Assembly: GCA_028023455.1 (NCBI GenBank)
Contig: JAQFVV010000001.1
Span: 30,442,001 to 30,506,000 of the forward strand
Origin: Epiperipatus broadwayi
Taxonomy: Eukaryota; Animalia; Onychophora
DNA: 64,000 nt
Direction: 5' to 3'
Within the stretch, counting starts at the first letter, position 1. Each line of letters starts with the position of its first letter. Shown piece by piece: positions 26,756 through 40,800 of the stretch. A program made the position numbers and the translations under genes. Below the pieces are notes generated by a model. That model did no database searches. It saw only the letters and a list, made by a program, of their open reading frames with translations, and had not been told where the DNA came from.

Positions 26756-27121
26756 CCCCATAAATTATAAATAAATAACTCTTTTATATATCAGCAAATG
26801 ATAAAGAGCAGAATAAATTTAGCTATTGGTTCAGTTTTTGATCTTTATTAGATTTTATTTGCTAACATTATTGGAAAATTTGAAATTATATATAGCCAGA
26901 TTTAAATATGGCATTAATCTTTTGAAATTTCAATTGGTCAAATAGAGGATAGGAACTGAATCTCATTTTAGTAACCTCTATAATAATAATCAAATATTAA
27001 TTTGTAATTATAAATATCAAATAAGCATAGATTAATGTACATAAATAACCACCATACCCCATAAGTTATAAATAAATAATATTCTTATACATTAGCAAAT
27101 GATAAAGAATAGATTGAATTT
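26756..27121. repeat. Diverged direct repeat, ~301-bp spacing
   Basis: CCCCATAAATTATAAATAAATAA...AGCAAATGATAAAGA at 26756 and a similar block at 27057. Confidence 0.7.
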
Positions 27122-30100
27122 CCTTATTTTGTCTGCTAATAACTGAAAAAATGTTATTGTCCATTCTGTAGTAAGAATAAAATGATAAAATTAGTTTGCT
27201 GCTAAAACTAAGTAAAATGAATTTTCCATTTTTTTTTTTTTTTTTCATACTTCTAAACTGAAATAATATTCACTCATAATCGATGTTTATTTAGAATATT
27301 TTGTTTAGTTCTATATGAATTAATTATTATAATATTCAAAGTGCTATGAATCTGGCTTCTCTAGTCAAAAGTGCACTCTGATACATTAATAAATAAAAAT
27401 ACAGAATAAATTTTTTTCTTAGTCAGTGTTAAAAACATTTTCAGCAACTAATGAATTAATTATAGTAAATGTTATGCTAATAATAATTTGTTATAATTAC
27501 ATTTATTTTACCTCTACCTTGCTTAATGCTTATTTAAAATTAGTTTTAAAATAGTGCTTTTGATTGGAAAACAGTTTTCATTAAATTATAGGTTACATAA
27601 ACTTATAAAAGGTAGTAGTTTAAATCTGTTATTGCATATAAATATATAATTTGAGATAGCATAAAAGAATTAAAATTAAAAGAAACTTAGAATAATTATC
27701 ATATATGATGAAAACAGTAATGTATGAAGAGTAGTATTAATTAATTAAAAGAACTGTGACATTTTGATTGTAAATGAAATAAAATACACAGTATATAATG
27801 TTACAAGATGTATTAATATATTTTGAAAGTATATTCACACTTTAACAATGAAAAAAATGCATGAATCTATTTTTATAAGCTGTTCTGACTACTGTTTTGA
27901 TATGTTAAATAAATATTTATACCTCTAGCTTACTAAATAGTTAGATTGTAACTGAAATATATATATTATGAGAGATCAGGTTTTTCTGTACTAGATAATC
28001 ATTGCATTTGCACTAGAAAATATAAGAATTTATTCCTATTTTAAATATTTTAATTTATTTGTTAATATTATATATATGACAGATATAGGGATTTATTTAT
28101 GTCAGGCTTGATTGTAAATTAAAAAGAAATTAAGGGGAAATTATTATGATCAATGTAATCATATTATAAAAAATAAAGTAAGTCATTTATTATCTATTTT
28201 AGATGCCATTTTGTTAATGATTATAAAATAATATATATTTTGGGAAATCATTAGAGATACATCAAAATATTGTAATAGAATTAACATTCTGAAAAAAAAA
28301 AAAAAAAGTGCTTTATGCAATCTGACAGTAATAGTAGAAGTGCTACTGTAATATTATTAATCCAAGGATTACAAAAAGTGAAAGTGATTAAATAATAAAT
28401 AAAGTTATTGATAAAATAATAATACTTAAGGCATCTTGCAGTTGTATATGTTCAATATTGTTTTTCTCTCACTAGGAGTGTTTTTCAAATTATTTATCTT
28501 CATATGGTTGAATGATATTTAGCTTATTGTTTGACCATTCCTCTTGCTAAGAGGGTTTTTCCATTTATTATTTATGTTCATGCGATAGGGTGATATTTAG
28601 CTTATTATTTAGCCATGGCATGGTCTGCAGTTAAACATTGCTAAAAACTTCCAGGTTATTAATTACAACTATTTTACCAAAAAGGAAAATATAAATATTG
28701 AATTGTATATTACAGATTTGGAAAACTTAAGCATATGTGCTGCTAGATATTATGAATATATCTCTCTTCTTTATATGGGTCATCCGTCATATATCAGCAT
28801 ATATCTTAATGGGCAAAAATCAATCTTTTATAGGAGTTTTGTAAATGATCTATATTTATAGAAAATTTTGGCTCAAGGTGAAGTTTGTTGTGTTTTTTTT
28901 TTCACATGAAGTAATTAGAAATCTGGGTTGATTATTTCCACTGCACTTATTCACAGCTATTAAATATATTAAGCAAGGATTGATTTTTATGAAGTGTTGA
29001 CATAAGAAAAAGTGAAACCAGTCTTTTTGTAATTAATTTAATCTTACACTAAACCTATGGGGAAATTGCTGCAATACAAGTATGATAAGTTTATTATGAA
29101 TCACATTTCATAGATAGAAGCTTAGAATAAGAAATTGAATTGTCTTGTAGTATTATTATTCAGAAAAATAGGGAAGTGTTTTCTTTTGTTTTTTTTATAT
29201 ACATTAAATAAACTTTGATAGGCATTAGTTGATAAAATGTTTGGCATTATTCTACTACATAAATAAACAAATATGTTTAAGAATTATTTTAAATATTGAT
29301 GACATATTGATTATTGATAGAGATGTTATTACAACTATCTTAGCTATTGAATAACTTCTATATAATTTTGTAGAAATTATAAAGTCACAATTAGTTATTG
29401 CATATCTTTTATGTGACAGTTTACACCTGAACAGTGACTACCATCTGAATTCTATGAATGCATTTAAATTGTTCATCAGGATGACATTGTTTAATGCACA
29501 AATTGTATATTTAGACCAAAATTAGATGCCATCTTAATAGATATTTTTTTAACTTCTATGGATATTAGTTTCATTAACAAAATCATAATCAGTACTTGAA
29601 AGCAACTTACTTGTTCTTTTCTATATTGATTTGTATGTTGTTGAGTTACAATATTAAAATTTTCTTTCCAAATTAGGATTATTATAAAAATGCATGTTTT
29701 GGAACATATTTCTAATACAGTAGTGATGTTTTGTTTTTATTTAATGAAATATGAGCATGTAGTAATTTTATTGATATAAGTCACATATATGTAGAGTTAA
29801 CACATTAGACCTTCATGAAATACAGTTTTCAATAGACTATTAATGTTGTACTCATATTGTTTATGTAATTTTTTATATATACAAATCTCAAAAAGAATGA
29901 GACACTTCATAGTAGATGATTTTTTTTTAAGCACTCATGCAGAATTGCTGTTTTCTTTGAATTGTTTATTTTAGCAGATCATGATATAATTACACAATTA
30001 TCTACTCTTTAGATTTTGCAGTATAAGGAAAAAGTTTAAAAAATTGAATTCTTAATTTATTATATATATATATATTGAGTAGTAGTATTTCTAACTTCAT

Positions 30101-33100
30101 TTTTACTGGTGAATAAATTATTTTTCGATATTGATGCATTATAATATTATCCAGCAGAAAAATTGTTGATTAATTTTTTTTCATTTCATGGGATTTTAAA
30201 TAATTCCTTAAGCATTTTTGGTGTTTTGGTTTTTCATTTGCTTATATATGAAAACATTTCACTTTATATTATTTGTGATTGTAATTTTAAAAGATTTACA
30301 TATAAATAATTTTACTATGTGTGCATTTATAAAACTTTAAGTATTTATGTGAAAGTTTAAACATTATTTGATCAAACATTCGCACCATGGACTTATATCT
30401 AGAGTGTATTTTATATTAATTTCATTATATTGCAAGTTTTTGATTGATATCATCATTGTGTTTTAAATACTATTGATGTGACTTTCTGTGTATTTGTAAT
30501 ATTAAAGACTACAAATAGATCTCATGTAGTAAGCAAATTAGCAATTTGTGATATGTCCACAAATCATATAATTAACATTTCTTATTTATATATATATATA
30601 TAAACAAATATTTGTTTATGATATATTTGTATTTGTCATTCACTGTAATAAATCATCGATTTTAAACAAAAATATTAATAATTTCATATGTTCTTTATTA
30701 TCTATCTATAGAATATATTCAATTAATCCCATTTTATATGTATATAAATAAAAATATATTTTGACAGAAAAGCTTACTTGGTGAAATTTTGCTCTGTTTT
30801 GTTTTATTTTTAGTAAAATGTGATACATTTTAATCTTTATTAGTCTTGTTTATTTTTAAAAATAATATACATATATGTTTATTTGCCTGAATCAGAGAAC
30901 TTAAAATAATAATGTTTGTAGAAAAAAATCTGTACTTTCATTTTTTTCTGAAATGAAAGAGTCAATAGACTTAAGTCTTTTATATTTGAGAAATCCAAAC
31001 TTCATATGATATATATATAATCTGTATACATTATTGAAATTTATGTATAAATTTGAATTCTTGAAATTCTAAATATTATTCAGAAATTTTGTCTTTCGTT
31101 AAGTTTTTTTTAATCATTTCTATCTGTTCAAAAATATTATTTTCCTTTATCACTTTGTTAATTTAATTAAAATATTTTATTTTTTTATAGAGATTATCTA
31201 CATACTTTGGTAAAATTTTAAATAATTGTTTGTAGAAATATATATTTTTGAAACATACAAAATTGTAAATATAACATTTTTTTTTTATAAAAAAAATATA
31301 TCAAGTTAAACCAATAAATAAGCTATTAACTTAAATATAAAGCATAAAATTAAAATAATTTCTATATAATTTTTTAGTGAAAGATCAGGACTCCCATATT
31401 TTGAGGAATATGTTTATTAAAAGATTTTGTCTTTTGAAAAATTGGTATTTCATAGAATATATTTTTTATTGTTAAATATAGCACACAATCACAGAATCCT
31501 GACACCATATAATTATCAACAGAATAACTAAATTAATCTTTTGAAAATGATATTCTATTTTTTTTTTTTTTTAGTTCACAAAAAAATTTATATATGCAAT
31601 TAAAATTTACATCTAATAAATATTACATTAAAATGTAATGATTAAAATTCTAATAAATCAGCTATAAATTAGACTGTTATTATGGAATGTATGTTGTATT
31701 TACTTTGTATGATATGACAAAATAGATGTTGCTACATTCAAATTAGAAATTATTATTGTAATTGTTATTCACTTAAATAGTTTACTGTGTTAATTTTTTT
31801 TTTTCTTTTTGGAAGGACTTGAATAAGAGTGTTGGAATTTTTATTATATGTAAAGAGTCAATAGTACTGTCGTAAATAGTTACAAATTTATTAGTATTAT
31901 CTAAAAGATAATTACTTTTAGCAAAATATTTTGCAAATAACATATTTTCAAGTATATTAATGTAGAATGTAATAATTATAAAGATATTTTTTATTACTGA
32001 AAGAGACTCGAATTAAATGCTTTGTTTTTAATGATGTTGCTATTACTATTGTTCTATTTTTGTTTCATATTTTGAGAAATCTTCCTTTCCTTCTTCAGTT
32101 TTATATTTTAAGTATTAATACTTTATACTGGACATCATTTAGGCTATATTTATATACTCTAGTATTTGAATATAACTCTGAAATGTTAAATATAAGTAAT
32201 ACTAATCAGAAATTCATCCTTGGTAGAAGTCAAGTTGATGATTATATTATCTAATTTTGTATTTTAGCCCCAATTTAGTATAATGATAAATAGTACTGTT
32301 ATGTCTATTATTGTTGGGAATGTCTTAGGAATTTTATTTAGTTTAAATAGGCAAGTAAGAACAAAAAACGAGACCTTTCTTTTACAAAACTAATTTCATA
32401 ATCAAATTTAATTATTTCTTTTCACATTTGTTATCTTTTATATATATTTAATAAAAGTAAACTATAATAAAACTTTTCCTAAACTTTTATTTTCAATTTT
32501 TTTTCTTTCTGAAACTATTCTTTTGAAACAGGATCTGTTCATCAAAAATATATATATATCTTAATATAGTTTGTGAAACTGCCTTTTTTATTCTTCAGGG
32601 GTAGCGTGTTTTTTTTTTCTTTTTTGCTGTTGAAGAAAAATATATAGCTACAAAGATATTTTAAAATTAGATTTTTATACACTACCGTAAAAATTATTTT
32701 CCTAGTTTAACTTCATTACTTATATGTTAAAGTAAGAGTAGTAGTGTTTTAATGTTTAATTTTAGTAAACTGTTGTATATCTTCTTCACTTGTTCTATCT
32801 GACTTTTTGATTTTAAAAGAAAATAATAGATTAACTAGACTGAGTGGCTCTTGCCTTATATTAGTTCTGCAATATCAAATCAACTTACTCTAGAAGACCA
32901 TTCGTGAGGGAATACTTTCCACACTTCTTTTAAAAAAAATATTTGCATTATTTTATTATTTTTTCCAAAAAAAAAAAAAGAAAGGGAGAAAAATCTAAAA
33001 TGTTAAATGTATTATTTAAGTGGGGTGAAGGATATATTTTTTCATTGGCAACTGAATGACTTCTTTCTCTCTCTTTCTCTTTCATTTTTTAATTTATCTG

Positions 33101-33149
33101 TATGCTTTAATTTTGTAAATTTGCTTTTAAGCATTACCATGAATATATA

Positions 33150-33420
33150 AGACTTGAATCAACCTTTTAAATAATCAAATTATTAGCATCCATCTGAGCA
33201 TTTTCAAAAATCAATAAATGTAGATGGCTGAATATTGAAGTAATAGAAAAGCTTTTCAACAGGCATAAAATTTTCAATTCCTAACTAACAAGCTAAAGAA
33301 TGCATGTGAAATAGACAGATTGATTAAATACTAACATGATTGATCTGAGGTTGAATAAGTTTACTCTTCAATGATTTTTGCAACTTGATTCTAATAATAA
33401 TTGTGAATTCTTCATAATTT
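33150..33420 (-). mobile_element. LINE RT remnant
   Basis: Minus strand TFIDF*KCSD resembles FIDFxKAFD; otherwise very decayed. Confidence 0.4.
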
Positions 33421-35340
33421 TGAATAAGTTTCTTTTTATACAAATAGATCAGAAACTGTTCTTGTGTGTGCGTGTGTAAATGCATTTGCAGTATGTATGT
33501 AATAAATCATTCATTTGTAACTAAAGCTTCAAATTTTACTCAAAGAATATATTTTTTTAATTTTAAACTTGGTTTAGAAATATAATTCGACGACTTAAAT
33601 ATGCTGTAAGACAAAGTCAGAAATTATAAAACTTTCAATTATTGTTATGCATAGAGATATTTAAACTTTGTTTTTTCTCTGACTATTATTTTTATTGAAA
33701 CAGTTACTGCCTCCAGTATTTCATAATTTTTAAATAATTTTAAACTTTTTATTAATTGTTTCAAGATTTTATATTTTCATCAAAAATAAGGAAAAATTTA
33801 GAAGTTTTTCTAACTGAAATTTATTAAAGTGGAAATAAGATGTCTTTTTTTTTTTTTTAATTCGAATTCTTAATATCAAAAATATATATAAATAATTGTG
33901 TTCTTATTTACTCAGAGAAGTCAAGTAATATTCGAACATCAAAGTGACTATTGAACACATTTCTTCAAAGCAATGATGAAATTTAATATTTTTTTAATTT
34001 TGTTCAGCATAGAATTGATACAGGAACTTTTACTTTTTGCAGTGATAGATTGCAATCAATGGGAGTAAACTGTCAATGTTACAATTTTTTTTTTTAAGTT
34101 GTGATGTACATTTCCCTTATTCTAAATGAACATACTATTGATTTGATATCTTAGTGATAAATGTGTCTGAAAAAAGATGGATAGTAAAAACTTATTTTTT
34201 AAATAAATTTATGAAAACAAATTGTCTTGTATTGTTAAGTAAATCTATTTCATTGTGAGCATATTAATTTTCTCATATGAAAAACATTCTAAAAATGTAT
34301 AATTTTATATTTGCTGAAAATGAAGAAAGCAGTCATATTAACAGAAATTTTGTATGCAGTGTAGAAATGAAGAGCAGTTTATTAATTGTAGTACTTAAAG
34401 AACTAAAATAAGCATGAATAAAATTATTAGTATTCCTTAATAATTCCAAGCATTTTCATAGTCAATGGATTATTTTAAAAATTTGATCATAAAGAATGCT
34501 TCGTTTTTCTGAATGGAGAGCAACTACTAAAGTATTGGGAATTGGAACATTACTTTTAAAAAGTTGATTTATGCCAAATTGTTTTGAAAAAGGTTCTCAC
34601 AATCAAAGAAAATTTGGATGAAATTATTGTAAAAATAAATTTAAACTAGATTGTGTGAAGAGTTTTGAATAACCAACTTCTATGTTTTAGAAAAAAAATG
34701 ATGAACTTTAAGGAAAAAATCTAATTGTCTTATTTGTATAAAGCAAATGTTAGGGCATATACATCTAAGTGTAAAGATTTTTTTTTCTTTAATCAGGAGA
34801 ATATAGTTAGAAAATTTTAGTTCTTTTCTGCACTTAATGAAGAGTCATTGTTTTATGAGTAGAAAATATAGAAATACTGAAAACCTTAACAGAAAAAAAA
34901 AAAAAAGTGTTAAAAACTTTCATTGATTGAAATTTTAAAAAAATTAAGCATTCTACTTTGATTAAAATTAATGTAAATAAATAGTGGAATATGTATGCAG
35001 CAAAACATCATTTAATACTTTTATTAATGGAAAAAATATATACTTATATTCAAGGAACAAATTCTAGAGAAATTTCTTAATACTTTTGTCTATGGAATTA
35101 TCATGAGACAGTTTATTAAATACAATTTCCCTTTTAATAATCAACTTTAAAGTTCAATTGTAAGAAATGTGTTAGTACCTTTTGCTAATATCTTTTATAT
35201 TTTCATTTCATCTTATTATTTATGTGATAAAGAAATATTGTCTATACAATCATATATTGTAATGAGATTGTATCCTATTATTTATGTGATAAAGAAACAT
35301 TGGCTATATAAACTTATATATTGTAATGATATGAATTAAG

Positions 35341-37550
35341 AGGTATAGCCGGAGATGAAACAGATTCTTGATAAAATCACATAAATCAGTGAGTGTGTAA
35401 CAAATCAGCAAAGAATCATTTTGATTAATATATATTATTATATGTTAAATGTACAGCATCACCATCAATAATCATAAAGTCAAAAGTCAGTCCTCATGAC
35501 TGTATTTAAAAGTGACATGTAAAATCTGAAGCTAATCATCTAGTCAATGGCTAACTTAGGGCATAATATAAATCATGAATAATTTATCTGCATGTACATA
35601 ATTTAAGTGTTAAAAATATTTGCAATAATAAACCTTAAAAAGTGTGATCATCACAATACTCTGGCCATATGGTATCATGAGTGTACTAATCACATACAAA
35701 CTAATTTCAAATATGTCAAATAAATTGAATGGATTTTAAAGATAATCTTTACCTTTGTACCATCCAAAGAATATTGTGGATGTTGATTCACACACATATA
35801 CCCATACTTATATATTGTAAACACCATTATGCTCAAAACTAAGTTTTGAATCTTTGGAACTCTAGAATTAATAACTGTGAGCAAGAGAAAATACAAATGT
35901 ATAAACTTTATCTAATCAAATACTAAATAACTTTACTGGGATCATATACAAATTTGTTAAAACACAATTCTATGATGAAATCAGTCAATCATACTGCTAC
36001 TTCACAGAACAGATAACTGGAAGAATAAAAACATTAAAAAAAAATAATCTCATAAACATTTTTTTAATAAATTTAACTAATAAATATAAATAAGAAAATT
36101 CAGAAAAATGATATGATAAATCCAAAGTTATCACATAATTTCATGTAGCAAATACAATATCCCTGAATTAACTAGCATTTAATCTAAATGAATTATTCCC
36201 CTTTACAGTAATCAAACTCAAACATTCTAACCATTTTAAAATCGGAAGGTTTCACACTATTTTCAAACACAAAATTATTTCAATCAAACAACATCAAAAA
36301 AATTATTCATTATCATTAATTAATACATTCCCAATAAAATAATATTTACAACTGTAAATGTGTATACATTACAATATCTCTTTTTTACAACCATGGATTT
36401 TTTTCTATTAGTTATTCTTTGTTAAAATGTTTCAGTTTAATAACTATTTCCTTTCAAGTTGGCTTTTTCTTCCCATAGCTTTAAGTTTCCAATTTAATAA
36501 TTATTTCATTCCATATTAAGTCAAATTTTTAGTTCAATAATTATTTTCTTTAAAACGTTATTCCATCAACTTTTCTTGTACCTTCAGATTTCAGTTTAGC
36601 ATGTATTTTTAATTTCAAATGAACACAAGTTTCACATTAATTGTTCTTTTTATTAAGAGGTCTTCCATTAATTTCTTCTTTTAGATCTAGGTTTTAGATT
36701 ATCAAGTTTTCATTTCAGCATAACATCAGTTTAGTATGAGTTTCATGCTATCTTTTTTTTTGTAGTTTCAAGTTTCCAGTATTTTAATTTACATGTCATG
36801 ATAACATGCTGTGACATTCAGGATTTTGCATGGATTAATATATAAGGCTTATTGAAAACTTCTCTCAGTGTTTGCATGTCCCTCTTCTCCTTTTTGTGAA
36901 ATGGTTACATTGTTGGGTTTGTAATGCTCAGCTTTTAGTTAAATCTTAATACATGATTCTTATAAAGTCCATTTCAGAATCATTTCTTTAAACTACTAGT
37001 GAGGGTTTTTTTTACCTTCAGACTATCATGCTTAGTTTTCACTTTTCACCCATCATAGCAGAACTGATAGTGACTACTGCCTATCTTAGCTTTTAAAATA
37101 ACCTTAATATTCATCCAATCATGTCTGCCTCAAAAATGACAGCATTAAGTCTTGACTAATTGATTTTTTAAAAATAAATTTAAATTATACCCTAATTTTG
37201 GAGAATCCCTTATTTTCATTTTTTGTTAATTACTTTTTATTTAAAAAACATTTTTATTTTATTTTTTTCAAAATAAAAATCCTAATCTGATTTAATTAAC
37301 CGATAACATTTTTTTAAATGTTAATACCTTGTTTTTTGTTTTTTTTTCAAGAATTACTGAAGAAAGAGAAAAATATTTATTTTTTTAATACCTTTTCTCT
37401 TTCTATTACAGTTTGTTATCTTTAATAAACCTTAAACATTTATATTATTATTATTTAAAATGTTTTTAATTTGTCATATGATTACTTAATGAATGCAATG
37501 CATTAAGTTTAATATAACCTCTATTTGAAAACTAGGTTATTCTGAAACTA
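35341..37550. repeat. Unclassified ~2.2-kb interspersed repeat, copy 1 (uninterrupted)
   Basis: Colinear with 40860-42486 + 45936-46015 + 48337-49282. Shared anchors include AATCATAAAGTCAA, TTTAAAAGTGACA, CCAAAGTTATCACATAATTT, GAATTATTCCCCTTTA and AGGTTATTCTGAAA. Confidence 0.9.
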
Positions 37551-37649
37551 ATATGAGATTTTTTTTTGTTTTCCCCCTTAAATGGAAATAAAATGATTAA
37601 TCCAGATGATGATATATTCTACCTTCATTACATTATTCACTTTTTTACA

Positions 37650-39720
37650 TTCACCTATTAAGTATAAAATATAAACTTTTGGGGGGATTTACCTGGAGAG
37701 TCTATCACCATATGTGCCCTTCATATTGTTTTATTTTCTAATATGAAGGTTACAACTTGATGCTGTAAAATGTGTAGAGTATATAAATCTTCCAGTGGAT
37801 GACTAACTGAACTTTGTTCTTCAAATTTCTTGCACTACTTCACTTTAAATGGAATAGTATAGGAGTGAATTGTTCAAATTGTCCCCACTGTTAATCTTGT
37901 GAATTATTCTTGCTCTTTCTGTACTATCATTAGTCTTTTTCCACTTTTTCTTTTTTAGACTATATTATTCTTTTTAATAGCTATACTATTTATATTTGCT
38001 CTATCCCAGATTTTTGTGGCATTTTATTTTTAAAGTTGGAGCCAAAGTCCATACCTAATCTCCTTTGCATTTGTTGATTTATATAAGGAATTTAGCATTT
38101 CTGTTATTTTCTCATTTCTGTCTGTGCATTTGATGCCTATTGATTTTTATTTTTTACCCTCTGATAATGTACACATTGTCAAGATGAACTGTGATACTTC
38201 GCCTCAAAAATACTGGATATATGTTTTCTCTGTACCTACGTTGTATTTTTTTTGTGTGATAACTAATATTATTTTCCATCTTGACACTCTTCAGTGCAGT
38301 ATTCATGCAACATGACATCTTTATATTCTTAGAAATTTTCTAAGTTTTTTGACAATGTTTACCACTGGTAATTTGATGATCCCTGGAGGTAAGCACACAC
38401 CAGTGCTATTTTGTGGAACTTTTTTCTGTTCAATGAAGAATATTTTTTTTAGATTATCAAAGAATTCCCCTGAATCAACATTAAATGACTTTGTCTTTAT
38501 GAATCTTTTAATATCTTCATGCAACTGGGATTCTTTAGGTTTATTTTCTCCTTATAACCCACTTATTAACTTTTATCAGCCTTGTTTTTTTTTAATATTT
38601 TTTACCCTTAAGTAACTTTTCTTCACATGACCCTTTCACATACTCTTCTTTCTTAATTTTAGTTGCCATATTTTCACTTAACTTTTTTTGAGTTGCTTTC
38701 ATAATCTCTGTGACTCTACTATTGCTCAGCTGTCCATAACTCAGCTTCCTATTGAATGTTTCATACTTTAGCTTGCTTCCTTCACTCTTCTGACTATCCT
38801 GTCAATTTCTTGTTATTCTTATTATCCTTTCAAATCCCAATGGTCCATCCTGTCCACTATTTGTTTTATATTTTCAGATTCTTTTTGCAATACACCCTGC
38901 ACCCAATACATAATATCTTTTGTTTTCTTGTTCTATTCTTTCTTATTTTCCTTCATTTTCATCAACATTATTTGATTTTTTTTCTAAGCAATTTCCTCCA
39001 TCTTAATCAATGTTAAACTTTTTAATTGCTTCCTTATGTTTTATTGTCCTACTCTTTCTTATCTTCCTTCTGTTTCATCTTTTTTTTTTATTATTTTCTG
39101 ATCAATTTCCTCCATTGTCCTCAACATCCTTTTATTGTCATTTTTTTTTTTTTGGGGGGGGGACACCCTACACTGAATGCATAATATCTTACTATTTTCT
39201 TGTCCTGCCTTTTTTTTTCATCAACATTGTTTGATTATTTTCTTTTTTTTTTCTACTCAATTCCCTTCATCTTAATGTTATGTAATTGCCTCCTTTTTAG
39301 TTGTCATAATCTTTCTTATCTTACTCCTATTTCATCTTTTTTTTAATGTTTTCTTTCTTCTGATCAATTTCCTCTATTTTTAGTAACATCTCTTTATTAT
39401 CATTTTCTATTTTTCTTAGCAGCATGTGACTTTGTTGACTGTCTTCTATTTTCCTTAACTTTACTGATCACTTTGATTTTTTTACTAGCATTTTTTCTGT
39501 TTTCTGACTACTTTTTTTTTATTTCTCTTAGTAATCTGCTACATCTAGCACAGTCATATCCATTTTCTAGGCTTCTTCAACTGATTGCTGATCTTTTCCT
39601 GAATCATATTCTTGCTCCATTTTTTTTTCAATTATGCTCTTTCCAGAATATAAGTTTGTATTCAAATGTTTTTAACTTTCAAAGTTTTAAAATATAATGT
39701 TGTAAGTTGTACATCGTTTC
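37650..39720 (-). mobile_element. Decayed non-LTR retrotransposon (ORF1-like region, APE endonuclease, start of RT)
   Basis: Minus strand is purine-rich and coiled-coil-like at 39700-38700, with an internal ~270-bp duplication. SFNVD and RDHQI resemble the GDFN and SDH endonuclease motifs; DSPG lies near 37690. Clade undetermined. Confidence 0.55.
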
Positions 39721-39779
39721 TCTTTCCATGGAACATTCACTGTTACATAATATTCATGATATTAATTATTTGTTAATCC

Positions 39780-40800
39780 ATCTTTAGAAATTTTTTTATC
39801 TTTATTTACACACATTATTTTTACTAATAGTTGGAATGTATATGGAAAGTTTGAATAAAGTTAAAAAAATTTCTAATGACATTCAATTCTTAAAATTAGA
39901 TGATGGAAATATTCCAATAAATAATATTAAAATGTCATCATCACTAATCTTCATACAAAGCCATAATATCTCGAACTGCCTTTCTTTAAACCTGTTGACT
40001 GCTCTTGTTTTTACCTCTCTTGTATAATTTTTTTCTCATACTTTATTTTTCATTTCTATCTTGTCTGTGTATGTGTGACTGATTTTCTTTTCCATTTTTA
40101 TACTCTTTTTCCAGAGATCTGATTGGCATCTGATAATTAAAAGAATGAATAGTGACCTGCAATCCTGAGATAGATAAAGAATGCAACTAATCACAATAAA
40201 TAAACAATGCTGCATGAACAAATCAGGAATCAGTTTAGACATTATAAACTACTTACAATCATGAATCTGATATGATGATGCAATCTTTGTAATTTTGGTC
40301 AATACATTTCTTGAAACTTATGCTTTGTTCTTTTTTGAGACAGAGAGACTGAAAATCTCATGGTTCAGGGCTACATTAATTGTCAAGGAAGGCAACTAGA
40401 AATATGAAATATGAAAGTAGTTGGTATAATGTTGACATGGAGCTGCATGGAAATATTGTATTCTCTAGCCAATGGCAAAATCATCCATTGGCAGTACTGA
40501 AAGTACAATGAAACAAACTCCAATTAACCAAAAGTGTCCTCTAAAATCTCCAATAATCCTGCTCTGCTTTAACTTTTCTACTTTAAATTATGAACTCTTT
40601 TTACAAAGACATTATTCACTATTTATTACCTATAAATCCATTATTTATTAGAAAATATTCATATATATACTATTATCACATATTTCATAATAATTATTTA
40701 CATTTTCTAACTTTGCATAAAATATAGGCTCTTATTTCTTAGGTGTAAAGTTATATTGGAACTCCAAATTATGTGGCCATTTTGTAGTATTGACTATCTT
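39780..40800 (-). mobile_element. LINE APE-endonuclease remnants
   Basis: Minus strand IIGDFRGHFW near 40540-40510 matches the GDFNxH..W endonuclease motif. A second, weaker EN-like segment lies at 40250-39800. Confidence 0.5.

Noticed and set aside
38349-39697. Several Phe/Leu-rich + strand ORFs resembling membrane proteins
   Set aside because: They are the antisense shadow of a purine-rich minus-strand LINE remnant; T-rich frames lack stops by composition.
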